From an uncultured Gemmatimonadales bacterium (GTDB lineage Bacteria > Gemmatimonadota > Gemmatimonadetes > Gemmatimonadales > GWC2-71-9), in the NCBI GenBank assembly GCA_963795085.1, contig CAWCFX010000003.1, positions 96,001 to 160,000 on the forward strand: a DNA stretch of 64,000 nucleotides, in the 5' to 3' direction. A program made the translations under genes and the position numbers. How positions within the stretch are numbered: position 1 is the first letter of the stretch; every line of letters starts with the position of its first letter. Shown piece after piece: positions 30,632 through 41,305 of the stretch. The notes below the pieces were generated by a model. The model was not told where the DNA came from, ran no database searches, and saw nothing but the letters and a program-made list of their open reading frames with translations.

Positions 30632-31189
30632 TTATTCCAAGTCCGCGATAAACGGGAGATGCCGGTAATTCTCCGCGTGATCCAATCCGTAGCCCACCAG
30701 AAATGCCGGGGGAGCCTGGAAACCGACGAACCTGATTTCAGGTGGCGGCTCCGGGGCAATCTGCTTGTCCAGCAGGGCGCAGATCGCCAGGCTCCGGGGC
30801 TCACGAGCTTTTAGAACCGAACAGAGACGCTTGAGCGTCTTTCCACTATCAATTATATCCTCGACCAGCAGAATATGTTTCCCCTCCAGGCGGGTCTCAG
30901 GGTCGTAAAGCAGCCGGACATGGCCACTTGAGACCTTTCCAGCCCCGTAGGAACTGGCGACCAGGAAGTCCACCTGCAGGGGCCGTTCCACCTGCCGGAC
31001 CAGGTCGCTCAGGAAGATAAAACTCCCCTTGAGCAGGCCCAGCACCAGCAGGTGCCCGTCCGGGTAGGCCTCGGTGATCTCGGCGCCCAGCTCGCGAACC
31101 CGGCTGGCGATGGTCGCCTCGTCGTAGACGATGGACTTGACCGCCTTGCCGCCGGTGCGGCGGAGGACTTCAGACGACCTGAGCGTCAA
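30632..31189 (-). CDS. hpt: Hypoxanthine phosphoribosyltransferase
   Basis: LLKGSFIF, LLVEDIIDSG and FLVGYGLD; start codon uncertain. Confidence 0.93.
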   Translation of the reverse strand: MTLRSSEVLRRTGGKAVKSIVYDEATIASRVRELGAEITEAYPDGHLLVLGLLKGSFIFLSDLVRQVERPLQVDFLVASSYGAGKVSSGHVRLLYDPETRLEGKHILLVEDIIDSGKTLKRLCSVLKAREPRSLAICALLDKQIAPEPPPEIRFVGFQAPPAFLVGYGLDHAENYRHLPFIADLE

Positions 31190-32501
31190 CACGCAGAGCC
31201 TCCGCCCCCGGGGGGGGCACCAGACGGTTGGAGCGGCAGATCCCGGGCACCCAGACAACGTCCCCGCCCTCGTCCACCAGGACGGGCCAACTCTCCCGAT
31301 CACGGCGGGCCACCCGCGCGTCCTGCAAGCACCTTACCACCAGGCGATGCCCCGGGCCGCCCAGGGGATGCACCCGGTCGCCGGCCCGGAACGCCCGGGC
31401 CGCCAGCGGCGCGGGACTGAACCAGGCGGTGAGCCCGTCACGGTCCTGGACGGGCAAGGCCGGCTCGCGTCGCCAGCAGAGCCGCCAGCGACCCAGGACT
31501 CCGTCGCCCTCGTCGCCGTCCATGGTGAGGGGCGCACCGGCGCCTCCGGCGGCACACTGGCTGGTGGGGACGAAGTCGATCCGTCCGAAGGCCGCCTCCA
31601 GAATCCAGCCACCGCCCGCCTCGAAGCGCTGGCCGCTCGCCGCGGTGGCCATGAACCGGGCCGCCCGGCCGGCCTGGTCCCGGCCGATGGTGCCGCCCAG
31701 CCGGCGGATGATCGCGCGCACCAGTGCCTGGGCGAAGGTGGAATCATACCGGGCGAAGGGGGCCGCAGCAACGGAACCTTCGCCCCGGTCCGTCCGCCAG
31801 TCCACCTCGCCCAGCGCATCGATCACCAGGTCCCACGCCCGGCGATCGTCGGCCGCCTGGGCGGCAACCTCGCGCAGTGCCCCGCTGACGCCCGGCAGGC
31901 GCTGGCCCAGCAGCGGGAGCACGGCGTGGCGGACCCAGGACCGGAGATGCCGCGCGTCCCGGTTGGCTGGATCATCCCACCCGGCGAGGCCGCGCCGCTC
32001 GAAATAGCCGCGGATCTCGTCCCGGGTGAAGAGCAGCAACGGCCGGACGATGTTGCCGCGCCGTGCGGCCATGCCCGCGAGGCCGGCCGGGCCGGTGCCG
32101 TGAAGCAGGCGGATGAGCACGGTCTCCGCCTGGTCGTCGGCGTGGTGGGCCGTCATGACGTAGCGGGCCGACTCGGCCTCACGCATGGCTTCGAGGGCGG
32201 CATAGCGCGCTTCCCGGGACAGCGTTTCGCCAGCGTCGGCGCCGAGCCCAAGCCGGGCGGTCAGACAGCGGAGCCCGTAGCTGCCGGCCTGGCGCTCCAC
32301 CTCGGCCGCGACCCGGCCACTGTCGGGGTGGATACCATGATCGACATGGCCCACGACCAGGTAAAGCCCATGTCCCTCGACGCCCCGAACCAGGAGATCG
32401 AGCAGGGCTACCGAGTCGGGGCCACCCGATACGGCAACGATGGCCCGGGCGCCCGGCGCCAGGCCGAGCGCGTCGAGGTGGCGCAGGAAGTTGTCCAGCA
32501 T
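31170..32501 (-). CDS. tilS: tRNA(Ile)-lysidine synthetase
   Basis: AVSGGPDS PP-loop, TAHHADDQAET and VRPLL; tilS-hpt-ftsH gene order. Confidence 0.95.
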   Translation of the reverse strand: MLDNFLRHLDALGLAPGARAIVAVSGGPDSVALLDLLVRGVEGHGLYLVVGHVDHGIHPDSGRVAAEVERQAGSYGLRCLTARLGLGADAGETLSREARYAALEAMREAESARYVMTAHHADDQAETVLIRLLHGTGPAGLAGMAARRGNIVRPLLLFTRDEIRGYFERRGLAGWDDPANRDARHLRSWVRHAVLPLLGQRLPGVSGALREVAAQAADDRRAWDLVIDALGEVDWRTDRGEGSVAAAPFARYDSTFAQALVRAIIRRLGGTIGRDQAGRAARFMATAASGQRFEAGGGWILEAAFGRIDFVPTSQCAAGGAGAPLTMDGDEGDGVLGRWRLCWRREPALPVQDRDGLTAWFSPAPLAARAFRAGDRVHPLGGPGHRLVVRCLQDARVARRDRESWPVLVDEGGDVVWVPGICRSNRLVPPPGAEALRVDAQVV

Positions 32502-32582
32502 GGCTGAAAAATATAAGTCATTATCTGGTTAGCGCTGGCGGGGACACCGGGGTAACTTGAATTATTAGGAGCCTAACGTGGA

Positions 32583-34142
32583 ATGACTGAAACCAAGGGA
32601 CCCAGCTTTATTCAGGACCCCATGGCCGCCGCCAAGCTGGCGGCCATCGTGGAGTCGTCGGTCGATGCGATTGTGAGCAAAACGCTTGATGGAACGGTTC
32701 TCAGCTGGAATCGGGCTGCAGAACGGATTTTCGGGTACGCGGCGGACGAGATGGTCGGGCAGACAATTTACCGATTGATTCCACCAGATCTGCATGACGA
32801 GGAATCTGACATCCTGGAGCGGATCGGCCGTGGCGAGCAGATCCAGCACTACGAAACCACCAGGATGCGCAAGGATGGTGTCCGGATCACGATCTCCCTG
32901 ACGGTATCGCCGGTACTCGACCGCGACGGCCGAATCGTCGGCGCTGCCTCCATCAAGCGCGACATCACGGAAGCCAAGCGAACCGAGGAGGCCCTGCGCC
33001 AGGCAGCCAAGATGGAATCGATCGGCCGGCTGGCTGGAGGCCTGGCACACGACTTCAACAATCACCTGCACGCGCTGACCGGGTTTCTCCATTTTCTCAC
33101 CCGGGATCCAGGGCTGTCCCCAGGGTCCCAGGAGGATCTGGCCGAGGTCCGCCGGGTAACCGAGCGCATGGCGACTCTGACCCACCAGTTGCTGGCCTTC
33201 GCCCGGCAACAGGTGCTCTCCGTCGAGAATGTCGAGCTGTGCCAGATCATCGATGAGGCCGTCCCCATGCTGCGGCGCCTGATCGGGAGCAATTATTCCA
33301 TCGTGGCGACCCACCAGCCGGGGGAACGCTGGATCCGGCTCGACCGGGGACAGCTGGTCCAGGTTCTCATGAACCTGGTGACCAACGCCCGCGATTCCAT
33401 GGATGAAGGCGGCATCATCCGGATCTCGACCTCGACCCGGGCGGTAGCCCCCAACGAGTTTCGGGACGTGGCCCGGGATCCGATCGCCCCGGGCCGGTAT
33501 GCGGTTCTGGAGATCACCGACCAGGGCACCGGGATTGCGGCAGAAGACCTGCCCCGCATCTTCGAGCCTTTTTTTACCACGAAGGAGATCGGCCGGGGAA
33601 CCGGCCTGGGGTTGGCGACCGTCGAAGGCATCGTCTCGCAAAGCGGGGGTCACATCCAGCTTCAAAGCCGTCCGGGCGAGGGGGCGACATTTCGGATCTT
33701 CTTCCCGCTGGCGGAAACCGGGACCAGGACGCCACTACTCGAACATACTTCAGTCCGCAGCGGAACCGGCCGGGGGCGAATCCTGGTCGTCGATGACGAC
33801 GATAACGTGCGGCCCATCGTCGCCCGGCTCCTGGCCTCCGAGGGCTACGATGTCGCGGTCGCCGCCAGCGGTTTCGAAGCCCTGGCGCACCTGGAGCGCA
33901 CCGCCGGGGGCGTGGATCTCCTGATCACCGACATGGTTATGCCCGGGATGGGTGGGCGGGAATTGACCCGGCGAGTTGCGGCCAGCTACCCGGACCTCCC
34001 GGTGATCTGGATGTCAGGCTATCCCCGTGGAAGCGGGCCGCTGGCGGTACCCGAAGAAGCATCGGTGCACTTTCTTCCCAAGCCAATCGCGCCGGACCTG
34101 CTGTTCGCCGCAGCCCGGGTGGCCCTCCGCCAACCTGCCTAG
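32583..34142 (+). CDS. Cytoplasmic PAS hybrid histidine kinase/receiver
   Basis: PAS domain, GGLAHDFNN, FEPFFTTK..GTGLGL and REC (TDMVMP). Confidence 0.93.
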   Translation: MTETKGPSFIQDPMAAAKLAAIVESSVDAIVSKTLDGTVLSWNRAAERIFGYAADEMVGQTIYRLIPPDLHDEESDILERIGRGEQIQHYETTRMRKDGVRITISLTVSPVLDRDGRIVGAASIKRDITEAKRTEEALRQAAKMESIGRLAGGLAHDFNNHLHALTGFLHFLTRDPGLSPGSQEDLAEVRRVTERMATLTHQLLAFARQQVLSVENVELCQIIDEAVPMLRRLIGSNYSIVATHQPGERWIRLDRGQLVQVLMNLVTNARDSMDEGGIIRISTSTRAVAPNEFRDVARDPIAPGRYAVLEITDQGTGIAAEDLPRIFEPFFTTKEIGRGTGLGLATVEGIVSQSGGHIQLQSRPGEGATFRIFFPLAETGTRTPLLEHTSVRSGTGRGRILVVDDDDNVRPIVARLLASEGYDVAVAASGFEALAHLERTAGGVDLLITDMVMPGMGGRELTRRVAASYPDLPVIWMSGYPRGSGPLAVPEEASVHFLPKPIAPDLLFAAARVALRQPA

Positions 34143-34151
34143 GAGTTTTCG

Positions 34152-35543
34152 ATGCGCCGCATCCTGCTGAGTGTGCTGGTGACGGTTTTCGTGCTGCCCC
34201 TCCACGCCCAGGCGGGGTCCCCCCGCGAACGCGAGCGGAGCCTCCTCCGCGAACTGGTCGAGATCAACACCAGCGATTCGGCCCGTCACACGGGGGAGGC
34301 GGCCCAGGCCATGGCCCGGCACCTGCTCGCGGCGGGGTTCCCGGCTGCCGACGTCCAGGTGCTGGAACTCTCGCCCGGGATTCACAGCCTGGTGGCCCGG
34401 CTGCGGGGACGGAACCCGTCGGCCAAGGCGATCCTCCTGATGGCCCATATCGACGTGGTGGACGCCCGAAAGGAGGACTGGTCGGTCGAGCCATACACGT
34501 TCCTTGAACGCGACGGGTACTACTACGGCCGGGGCAGCAGCGACAACAAGGCGGGGGCCGCGACACTGGTGGCCAATTTTCTTCGCTACCGGCGGGAGGG
34601 TTACCTGCCGGAGCGCGACCTGGTCATCGTTCTCACCGGTGACGAAGAGACCACCAGCGATGCCATCGCCACCCTGCTGTCGCAGCATCGCCCGCTGGTG
34701 GATGCCGAGTACGCCCTCAATACCGATGCGGGCGGCGGTGAGATCCACGACGGCAAGGCCACCCAGTTCGTGGTCCAGACCGCTGAGAAGGTGTACCTCT
34801 CGTTTCAGCTGGAAGTGCGCAACAAGGGCGGCCACAGTTCGCTCCCCGAGCCGGACAACGCCATTTACCGGCTGAGCCAGGCGCTCACCCGGCTCGCCGG
34901 CCACCAGTTTCCGGTCCGGCTTAACCCCACCACGCGGGCCTATCTCGAGCGGGCCTCTGCCAACCAGCTGCCCGCCATCGGGGCCGACATGCGAGCCGTG
35001 GCCCGGTCCGGCAGCCGGGACGCCGCGCGCCGGCTGGCCCAGGTGCCGTACTACAACTCGATTCTCCGCACCACCTGCGTGGCCACCCGGCTCTTCGCCG
35101 GGCACGCCGACAACGCCCTGCCCCAGTTGGCCCGCGCGACGGTGAATTGCCGGCTGCTGCCGGACGAATCGCCGGACAGCGTGGCGGCGACCCTGTCCCG
35201 GGTCTTCGCGGACACCGCCGTGCATCTCAGCCAGATCGCCCCGCCCACCCCCAGTCCCGCCTCGCCCCTGCGGCCCGACGTCATGGGGGCCGTCGAGGCG
35301 CTGGCCCGGGAACAGTGGCCCGACGCCGCGATCGTGCCGGAGATGTCCACTGGCGCCACCGACGGGCTCTATGTCCGGAACGCGGGGATCCCGGTGTATG
35401 GGGTGAGCGCGGTATTCGAGCGAATTGACGATGTCCGGGCCCACGGGCGGGACGAGCGGATCGGGGTCGAGGCCTTTCACGACGCCGCCAATTTCTGGTA
35501 TCGGCTGGTGAAGACACTGGGGTCTTCGGTTGCTTCCCCCTGA
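34152..35543 (+). CDS. Exported M20/M25/M40 metallopeptidase
   Basis: Signal peptide, AHIDVV, GRGSSDNK, GDEE and HGRDE. Confidence 0.9.
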   Translation: MRRILLSVLVTVFVLPLHAQAGSPRERERSLLRELVEINTSDSARHTGEAAQAMARHLLAAGFPAADVQVLELSPGIHSLVARLRGRNPSAKAILLMAHIDVVDARKEDWSVEPYTFLERDGYYYGRGSSDNKAGAATLVANFLRYRREGYLPERDLVIVLTGDEETTSDAIATLLSQHRPLVDAEYALNTDAGGGEIHDGKATQFVVQTAEKVYLSFQLEVRNKGGHSSLPEPDNAIYRLSQALTRLAGHQFPVRLNPTTRAYLERASANQLPAIGADMRAVARSGSRDAARRLAQVPYYNSILRTTCVATRLFAGHADNALPQLARATVNCRLLPDESPDSVAATLSRVFADTAVHLSQIAPPTPSPASPLRPDVMGAVEALAREQWPDAAIVPEMSTGATDGLYVRNAGIPVYGVSAVFERIDDVRAHGRDERIGVEAFHDAANFWYRLVKTLGSSVASP

Positions 35544-35604
35544 CTTCACCCCTCCCCCTCGCCACGAGCGGAGCGAGCGGGGGCGGCGACAGTCCGTCGG
35601 TCTA

Positions 35605-35633
35605 TTGCGCCCCCCCGCGGCGTTGGGTATGGT
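35605..35633 (+). promoter_or_regulatory. Putative sigma70 promoter
   Basis: TTGCGC-17 nt-TATGGT upstream of the outer-membrane protein gene. Confidence 0.5.
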
Positions 35634-35681
35634 ATTGCAGTCCCTGTAACCCCTGAATCCAGCTGATCGTTTCTTTCACCT

Positions 35682-36386
35682 ATGCCGGGAGGTACTGTGC
35701 CTAGAAGTCACAGGTTTGTTCGGATGGCGGCGTTGAGCCTGGGTGTGGCGCTGGTGGCGAGCTTCGCGGCGCGGCCCGCCGCCGCGCAGGGCATCACCTT
35801 TACGCCCTTTGTGGGCAGCTTCTATTCGCTCGGCAAGTACTTCGATGCCGACATCGACCTGGGCAACTTTGGCGGCTCCGGCACCGCGAACTTCACCATG
35901 GAACAGACCAACACGGTGGCCTTCGGCGCCCGGCTGGCCTTCCCGATCGGCGCGACCCTGTCGCTCGAGGGCGAGGGAACCTATTCCAGCAGCGAGGTCC
36001 GCTTTACCGGCACCGACGCGGCCGGCCCCGGGGTGGACCTGGCGACCAACCTCAAGGGCAGCGTGATCACCGGCAGCCTGCGCGGCGTGCTGCGCCCCCG
36101 GCGGAGCAACCTGAACCTGATCGCCGGCGTGGCGGTGGTCAGCCACGGGGGTGACGCGTGGGATTTCGACACCAACGACAAACTGACCAATATCGGCGGC
36201 GTGGTGGGATTCGGGCTCCGGGCCAACGTCACGCCCAAGCTGGCCCTGAACATCACGGCGGAGGCGTTCCTCTACTCCTTCGACCCCGATGAGTCCGACG
36301 ACACCCAGAACGGGTTCTTCAAGGAGAAGATGCAGTCGGACCTGATCGTGTCGATCGGAATTCCGATTCAGTTGACGGGGAGATGA
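35682..36386 (+). CDS. Outer-membrane beta-barrel protein
   Basis: Signal peptide (AAAQ) and alternating amphipathic beta strands; start uncertain. Confidence 0.7.
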   Translation: MPGGTVPRSHRFVRMAALSLGVALVASFAARPAAAQGITFTPFVGSFYSLGKYFDADIDLGNFGGSGTANFTMEQTNTVAFGARLAFPIGATLSLEGEGTYSSSEVRFTGTDAAGPGVDLATNLKGSVITGSLRGVLRPRRSNLNLIAGVAVVSHGGDAWDFDTNDKLTNIGGVVGFGLRANVTPKLALNITAEAFLYSFDPDESDDTQNGFFKEKMQSDLIVSIGIPIQLTGR

Positions 36387-36451
36387 TCGACGAGTGACCA
36401 GTAGCCATTGACGCGGGATTCCCGACGTGCGACCGGGATGACGATCAACAA

Positions 36452-36497
36452 AAGTGACAGGTGGCCGGGGGCAGCCTGCCCCGGTTTCCTGTCACTT
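36452..36497. terminator. Long hairpin between convergent genes
   Basis: AAGTGACAGG...CCTGTCACTT enclosing a GC-rich inner stem (CCGGGG..CCCCGG). Confidence 0.6.
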
Positions 36498-36526
36498 GTC
36501 ACATGTCAGCCGTCACGGGCTGGGGC

Positions 36527-39500
36527 CTACTGGGGGTTCACCACTGGCGCCGGCGCCGGCCTGGCCGCGAGGCTGCCATCGCCCAGTTGGCCCCGGGCGT
36601 TCTCGCCCCAGCAGAAAACCTGGGACGCCGTCGCCGCGCAGGTGTGGTTCCCCCCCGCCGTGATCCCCGTGAAGGAGCCTTCGGCCGCGACCTTCACTGG
36701 CCGGCCCCGGTTCCCGCGAGACCCGTCGCCCACCTGGCCCCGGCCGTTACCGCCCCAACAGTAGATCGCGCCTCCGCCGGTCCGCCCGCACGTGTGGGAG
36801 GTGCCGAGGCTCAGCTCTTCGAAACTGAGCCCGGTCGCCACCTCGACCGGCTTGGTGCGGTCGCTGCTGCTGCCATCGCCGACCTGCCCCGCCCGGTTGT
36901 CGCCCCAGCAATAGGCCTTGCCCCCCGCGGCCAGCGCGCAGGAATGGGTTCCTCCAGCATAGATCTTCGAGAACTTGACGCCGGCAGCATCGACTTCGAT
37001 GGGGCTCCGCTCATTGCTCAGCTGGCCGTATCCCAGCTGGCCGGAGAAACCATCTCCCCAGCAATAGGCCTTGCCATCGGTGCTGATTCCGCAGGAGTGG
37101 CTCCCCCCAGCAGCCACGTCGCTGAACGCCAGGTTGGGCACCGGAGTCGGCCGGGTGCGACCGCTGGTGGTGCCATCGCCCAGTTGGCCGCTGCCGTTGT
37201 CGCCCCAGCAGAGGACTCGTCCCCCACCAGCCAGCCCGCAGGCATGGCGTCCTCCCGCGCGGATGGAGCGGAAGCTGGTACCCCCGGCCACCGCCACCGG
37301 GTTCACCCTGGTGTTATTGGTGCTCCCATCGCCAATCTGGCCCTTGTTGTTCTGGCCCCAGCACCAGGCCTCGCCGCCGGAGGTGAGGCCGCAGGTAAAG
37401 GCGCCGCCGGAACTCAGGCGGTTGAACCGCACGCCGGATTCCAGCACGGTCGGGGACTGGGCACCGCCGCCCCAGCAGGCGGCCGCCCCGCCGGGCAGCA
37501 ACCCGCAGGTATGCACACCGCCCGCTGCGAGAGATCCGCGCGGGGCGGCGCCACCGCTGACGGGTGGCGGATTGTCGGGAGGAGGCTGGGCCCGGCCGGT
37601 ATCGACGGCCGCGATGGCGGGGCGCGTAACCGCCAGGTTGGCGGTGAGGCTTTTCCCTTCGCTGGTCGCGGTGATCCGCGCCGTGCCCGCCCCGATGGCC
37701 GTGACCCGGCCGGTGGACGTCACGGTCGCGACCTGAGTATTGCTGGAACTCCAGGCCACCGGCCGGTCGCTGAGCGGTGCGCCGCGGCTGTCACGAACGG
37801 TGACGGCGAGCTGAAACGCCTCACCCACCGGGAGGGAGGCGGGGAGCGAGGTAAGCACCAGGGATCCCACCGGGACGCGTGCTACCACCACCCGCACGGC
37901 GGTCCGCTTGTCATCGCTCGCCGCGGTGATCGTGGTGTTCCCGGAACCAACGGCGGTCACCTGTCCGGTCGGCGACACCGTCGCCACGGCAGGATCGCTG
38001 GACACCCAGCTCGGGGTCCGGTCCCGGATGGCGCCGCCCCGGGCGTCCTTCAATTCGGCGGCCAGCTGCAGCCGCTCGCCCACCTCCAGTTCACCGCCGT
38101 TGGGACTCACCGACACCGTGGCGACATCCTGCCGGGTGAGCACGACAGTGACACTGGCCGTGGCCGACTTGCCGTCCGCCGTGGCGGTGAGGGTCGCGGT
38201 GCCCACGGCGACGCCGGTCACCGTCCCGTTCGCCGCCACGTCGGCGACGCCGCGGCTGCTGCTGGTCCATTGGACCGGCCGGTCCAGGGCGTTGCCCCGG
38301 GCGTCGCGCGGCTCGGCGGCCAGCTGGACCGTCCCGCCCACTTCCAGGGAACTGCGAGAGGGAGTGACCGACACGGCGGCCACCGCGGCGGGGGCAACCG
38401 TCAGATTGACGACGGCGCTCTTGCCCTCGCTGCTCGCGGTGATTGCCACGGTGCCCGCGCTCCGCGCGGTGAGGAGGCCCGCGGTCGAAACCTGGGCCAC
38501 CGCCGGGTTGCTGCTGGTCCAGGTTACCGGACGGCCCGTCAGCGGGGCACCGGCCTGGTCCTTGAGATCGACCGCCAGCTGCCGGGATTCCCCCTCCTGC
38601 ATGGACGAGGGGACCCGGGGGATGGCGAGCGTTGCCACGGGGACGTGACCGGCCGCCTGGGTTCCCTGCACCGTCAGGCTGGCGGTTCCCCGTAACCCTC
38701 CGGCATCGACGATGATGGTCGCGCTGCCGCCGCCCACCGCCCTGATGTAGTTGCCCGACACCACCGCGACGGCAGGGTTGTCGGACGTCCAGGCCACTGG
38801 ACGTGGATCGGCGACTTCCTGGTTGGAAGAGTCCCGAAACTGCGCCTGCATCAGCACCGAGTCGCCCACGTTCAAGCTGGCGGCGGCGGGCCGGGCCTCC
38901 ACCGCGACCGCGACGCCGGGGGCTGCCGCCGATGTCCCACCCCGGCCGGGGGCAAAACCGAACTTCCATACCGCCGCGGCCACGAGGAGCGCGCCCACCA
39001 CCCCGCCCACCAGGGGCATCCGGGACTTCTTCGCGGGGGCGGCGACGGGAACCGGCCGGGGAACCGGTGCGGGTTCTACCAACGGCGTGGGAACCGCGTC
39101 GATGCGCTGGGTCGACGCCTCCGGTACGGAGACAACGGGGACCTCCGCCGGGGGCGGTGGAGCCACCGGCACGGCGACCGGCGCCGCCACCCGGACTTCC
39201 GCGGTTGCCTTTTTCCCCTCGGCGGCCGCGCTGATAATCGATGTCCCTGCCGCCAGTCCCGCGACCGACCCGTCCCCGCTGACCGAGGCCACGGCGGCAT
39301 TGCTCGAGGTCCAGGCGATCGCCCGTTCCGGAAGCGCCTTGCCCCGTTCGTCCCGCGCCTCGGCGGCAAACCGGAAGTGCTCGCCGACCTTGATTGAGCC
39401 GTTTCTGGGCGTCAGCTCGATGGTCGCGACGGGGACCGGAATGACGTTGACGGCGGCCCGGGCACTCCGGCCTTCCGCCGTCGCCTGGATCTCGGTGCTT

Positions 39501-41305
39501 CCCGGACTTACCGCGGTCACTTCGCCAGCACCGGTCACCTTGGCGACGGCGGGATTCCGCGAGATCCATTCGACCTGACGCCCGGCAAGCAGGTGGCCCC
39601 GCTGGTCCTTGAGTACCGCGGTCAGCCGTTCGCTCCGGCCCACGGTGAGCCCCAGCACCGCCGAAGAGAGTTCCACCACCGCCACCGGCGCCGCGACCAC
39701 CGCGATCTCGCCGGTTCCCTGCTTGCCTTCACAGGCGGCGGTGATGCGGGCGGTACCGGGCGCCGCCGCCGCGACCAGCCCGGCCGCGGACACGGTCGCC
39801 ACGGCGGGCTGGCTGGAACTCCAGGTGATGGATCGGCCGGTGATGGCCTTGCCCTGCGGGTCGCGCAGCGTCGCGCTCAGTTGCAGCGTCGCGCCGGTCT
39901 CCACGGAGCCGGTGGCGGGCGCCACCACTACCGCGGCAACCGGAACCGGAGCGATCAGCAGCTGGCAAGTGGCGGAGTGCGCCTCGACCGAGCCCGTCAC
40001 CACCACGTCGCCGGGCGCCAGCGCCGTCACCAGTCCGGTCGCCGATACCGTCGCCAGCGCCGGGTTGCCGCTGCTCCAGGCCACCTCGCGGCCGGCCACG
40101 GTATCGCCATTCATGTCCTGAATCATCGCCGACAGCTGCAGGGTGTCGCCCGCCGCCAGGTTGGCGCTCCGAGGGGAGACCGCGACAGAACCTACGGCCG
40201 CGATGACCTCGGTCCTCGCCTTGCCGCTGGCGCGGGTCGGTGGCACCAGGCTGGTGGGGGTTTTCATTTCGTCCAGCAGCCGCTGGTTGAGGCTGCTCTT
40301 GGCCAGGCCCACCATCTGCTGGTGAATGGGGTCGTCGTGCGCCAGGGCCGAGGCGCCCATTGCCGCAATGGCCTCCTCGATACTGGGCCAACGGGCGTCC
40401 GGCTGCTTTTCGATCATGCGGAGCACCGCCGCCTCCAGGTCGGGCGGGCAATCAGGACGGTGTTCGCGGATCGGGCGGGGCGGATCGTTAAAGTGCTGCC
40501 ACATGATCGCCATCGCGGTATCGGCGACAAAGGGCTGCTTGCCGGTGATCATCTCGTAGGCGACGATGCCGAGCGAGTACTGGTCGGACCGGCCGGTCAC
40601 TTCCTTGGCGGCGCACTGCTCCGGGCTCATGTAGGAGGGAGTCCCCACCGCCACTCCGGTCATGGTGAGGCCCTGGGTCTCGGCGACCTTGGCGATGCCG
40701 AAGTCGGTCACCACCGGCCAGCCTTCATCGTCGATCATGATGTTGGCGGGCTTGATGTCCCGATGAATGATTCCGCGGCGATGGGCGTAGCCGAGGGCAC
40801 TCCCCACCTGGGAGAGGACGGCACGGGCCATGGGAATCGGCAGCGGGCCCACCTGCCGGATGATGTCGTCGAGCGGCCGCCCGGCCACGAACTTCATCAC
40901 GAAATAGAGAACCCGCCCGGCTTCCTTGACGGCGTAGATCGGAATGATGTGGGGGTGGCTGAGCGACGCGGCAGTGCGGGCTTCCCGGCGGAAACGTTCG
41001 GCCATACCCTCGCCGAACATGAGTTGCGGCGCCATGACCTTGATGGCGACTTTGCGATCGAGCGAGATCTCGTGGGCCAGGTACACCGTGGCCATGCCGC
41101 CGCGGCCCAGTTCGGCCAGAACCTCGTACTCGCCCAGGGTGGCGCGACGGAGGATCTCCAGGCCGGACTCTTCCGGGGGCATGGAGGGCATGCGGGCGGT
41201 GGCGACGTTGCCCTGTTCGCCGGAAACGTCGGAACCGCACCGGGTGCAGAACCGGGCGCCAGGAGTAATGGGCTGGCCACAACGCGCGCAGGCCTGAGCG
41301 TTCAT
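36527..41305 (-). CDS. Hanks-type Ser/Thr kinase: Zn-ribbon, kinase, 4 Ig, TM, 5 Ig, RCC1/BLIP-II propeller
   Basis: CARC..CTRC; LGRGGMATVY, VAIK, HRDIKPAN, DFG and YMSPEQ; repeated W.SSNPAVA.V Ig units; repeated CWG.N..GQLG blades. Confidence 0.92.
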   Translation of the reverse strand: MNAQACARCGQPITPGARFCTRCGSDVSGEQGNVATARMPSMPPEESGLEILRRATLGEYEVLAELGRGGMATVYLAHEISLDRKVAIKVMAPQLMFGEGMAERFRREARTAASLSHPHIIPIYAVKEAGRVLYFVMKFVAGRPLDDIIRQVGPLPIPMARAVLSQVGSALGYAHRRGIIHRDIKPANIMIDDEGWPVVTDFGIAKVAETQGLTMTGVAVGTPSYMSPEQCAAKEVTGRSDQYSLGIVAYEMITGKQPFVADTAMAIMWQHFNDPPRPIREHRPDCPPDLEAAVLRMIEKQPDARWPSIEEAIAAMGASALAHDDPIHQQMVGLAKSSLNQRLLDEMKTPTSLVPPTRASGKARTEVIAAVGSVAVSPRSANLAAGDTLQLSAMIQDMNGDTVAGREVAWSSGNPALATVSATGLVTALAPGDVVVTGSVEAHSATCQLLIAPVPVAAVVVAPATGSVETGATLQLSATLRDPQGKAITGRSITWSSSQPAVATVSAAGLVAAAAPGTARITAACEGKQGTGEIAVVAAPVAVVELSSAVLGLTVGRSERLTAVLKDQRGHLLAGRQVEWISRNPAVAKVTGAGEVTAVSPGSTEIQATAEGRSARAAVNVIPVPVATIELTPRNGSIKVGEHFRFAAEARDERGKALPERAIAWTSSNAAVASVSGDGSVAGLAAGTSIISAAAEGKKATAEVRVAAPVAVPVAPPPPAEVPVVSVPEASTQRIDAVPTPLVEPAPVPRPVPVAAPAKKSRMPLVGGVVGALLVAAAVWKFGFAPGRGGTSAAAPGVAVAVEARPAAASLNVGDSVLMQAQFRDSSNQEVADPRPVAWTSDNPAVAVVSGNYIRAVGGGSATIIVDAGGLRGTASLTVQGTQAAGHVPVATLAIPRVPSSMQEGESRQLAVDLKDQAGAPLTGRPVTWTSSNPAVAQVSTAGLLTARSAGTVAITASSEGKSAVVNLTVAPAAVAAVSVTPSRSSLEVGGTVQLAAEPRDARGNALDRPVQWTSSSRGVADVAANGTVTGVAVGTATLTATADGKSATASVTVVLTRQDVATVSVSPNGGELEVGERLQLAAELKDARGGAIRDRTPSWVSSDPAVATVSPTGQVTAVGSGNTTITAASDDKRTAVRVVVARVPVGSLVLTSLPASLPVGEAFQLAVTVRDSRGAPLSDRPVAWSSSNTQVATVTSTGRVTAIGAGTARITATSEGKSLTANLAVTRPAIAAVDTGRAQPPPDNPPPVSGGAAPRGSLAAGGVHTCGLLPGGAAACWGGGAQSPTVLESGVRFNRLSSGGAFTCGLTSGGEAWCWGQNNKGQIGDGSTNNTRVNPVAVAGGTSFRSIRAGGRHACGLAGGGRVLCWGDNGSGQLGDGTTSGRTRPTPVPNLAFSDVAAGGSHSCGISTDGKAYCWGDGFSGQLGYGQLSNERSPIEVDAAGVKFSKIYAGGTHSCALAAGGKAYCWGDNRAGQVGDGSSSDRTKPVEVATGLSFEELSLGTSHTCGRTGGGAIYCWGGNGRGQVGDGSRGNRGRPVKVAAEGSFTGITAGGNHTCAATASQVFCWGENARGQLGDGSLAARPAPAPVVNPQ

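Noticed and set aside
32565..35549. Minus-strand ORFs 32565-33665 and 34014-35549
   Set aside because: They are antisense to the clear hybrid kinase and M20 peptidase genes
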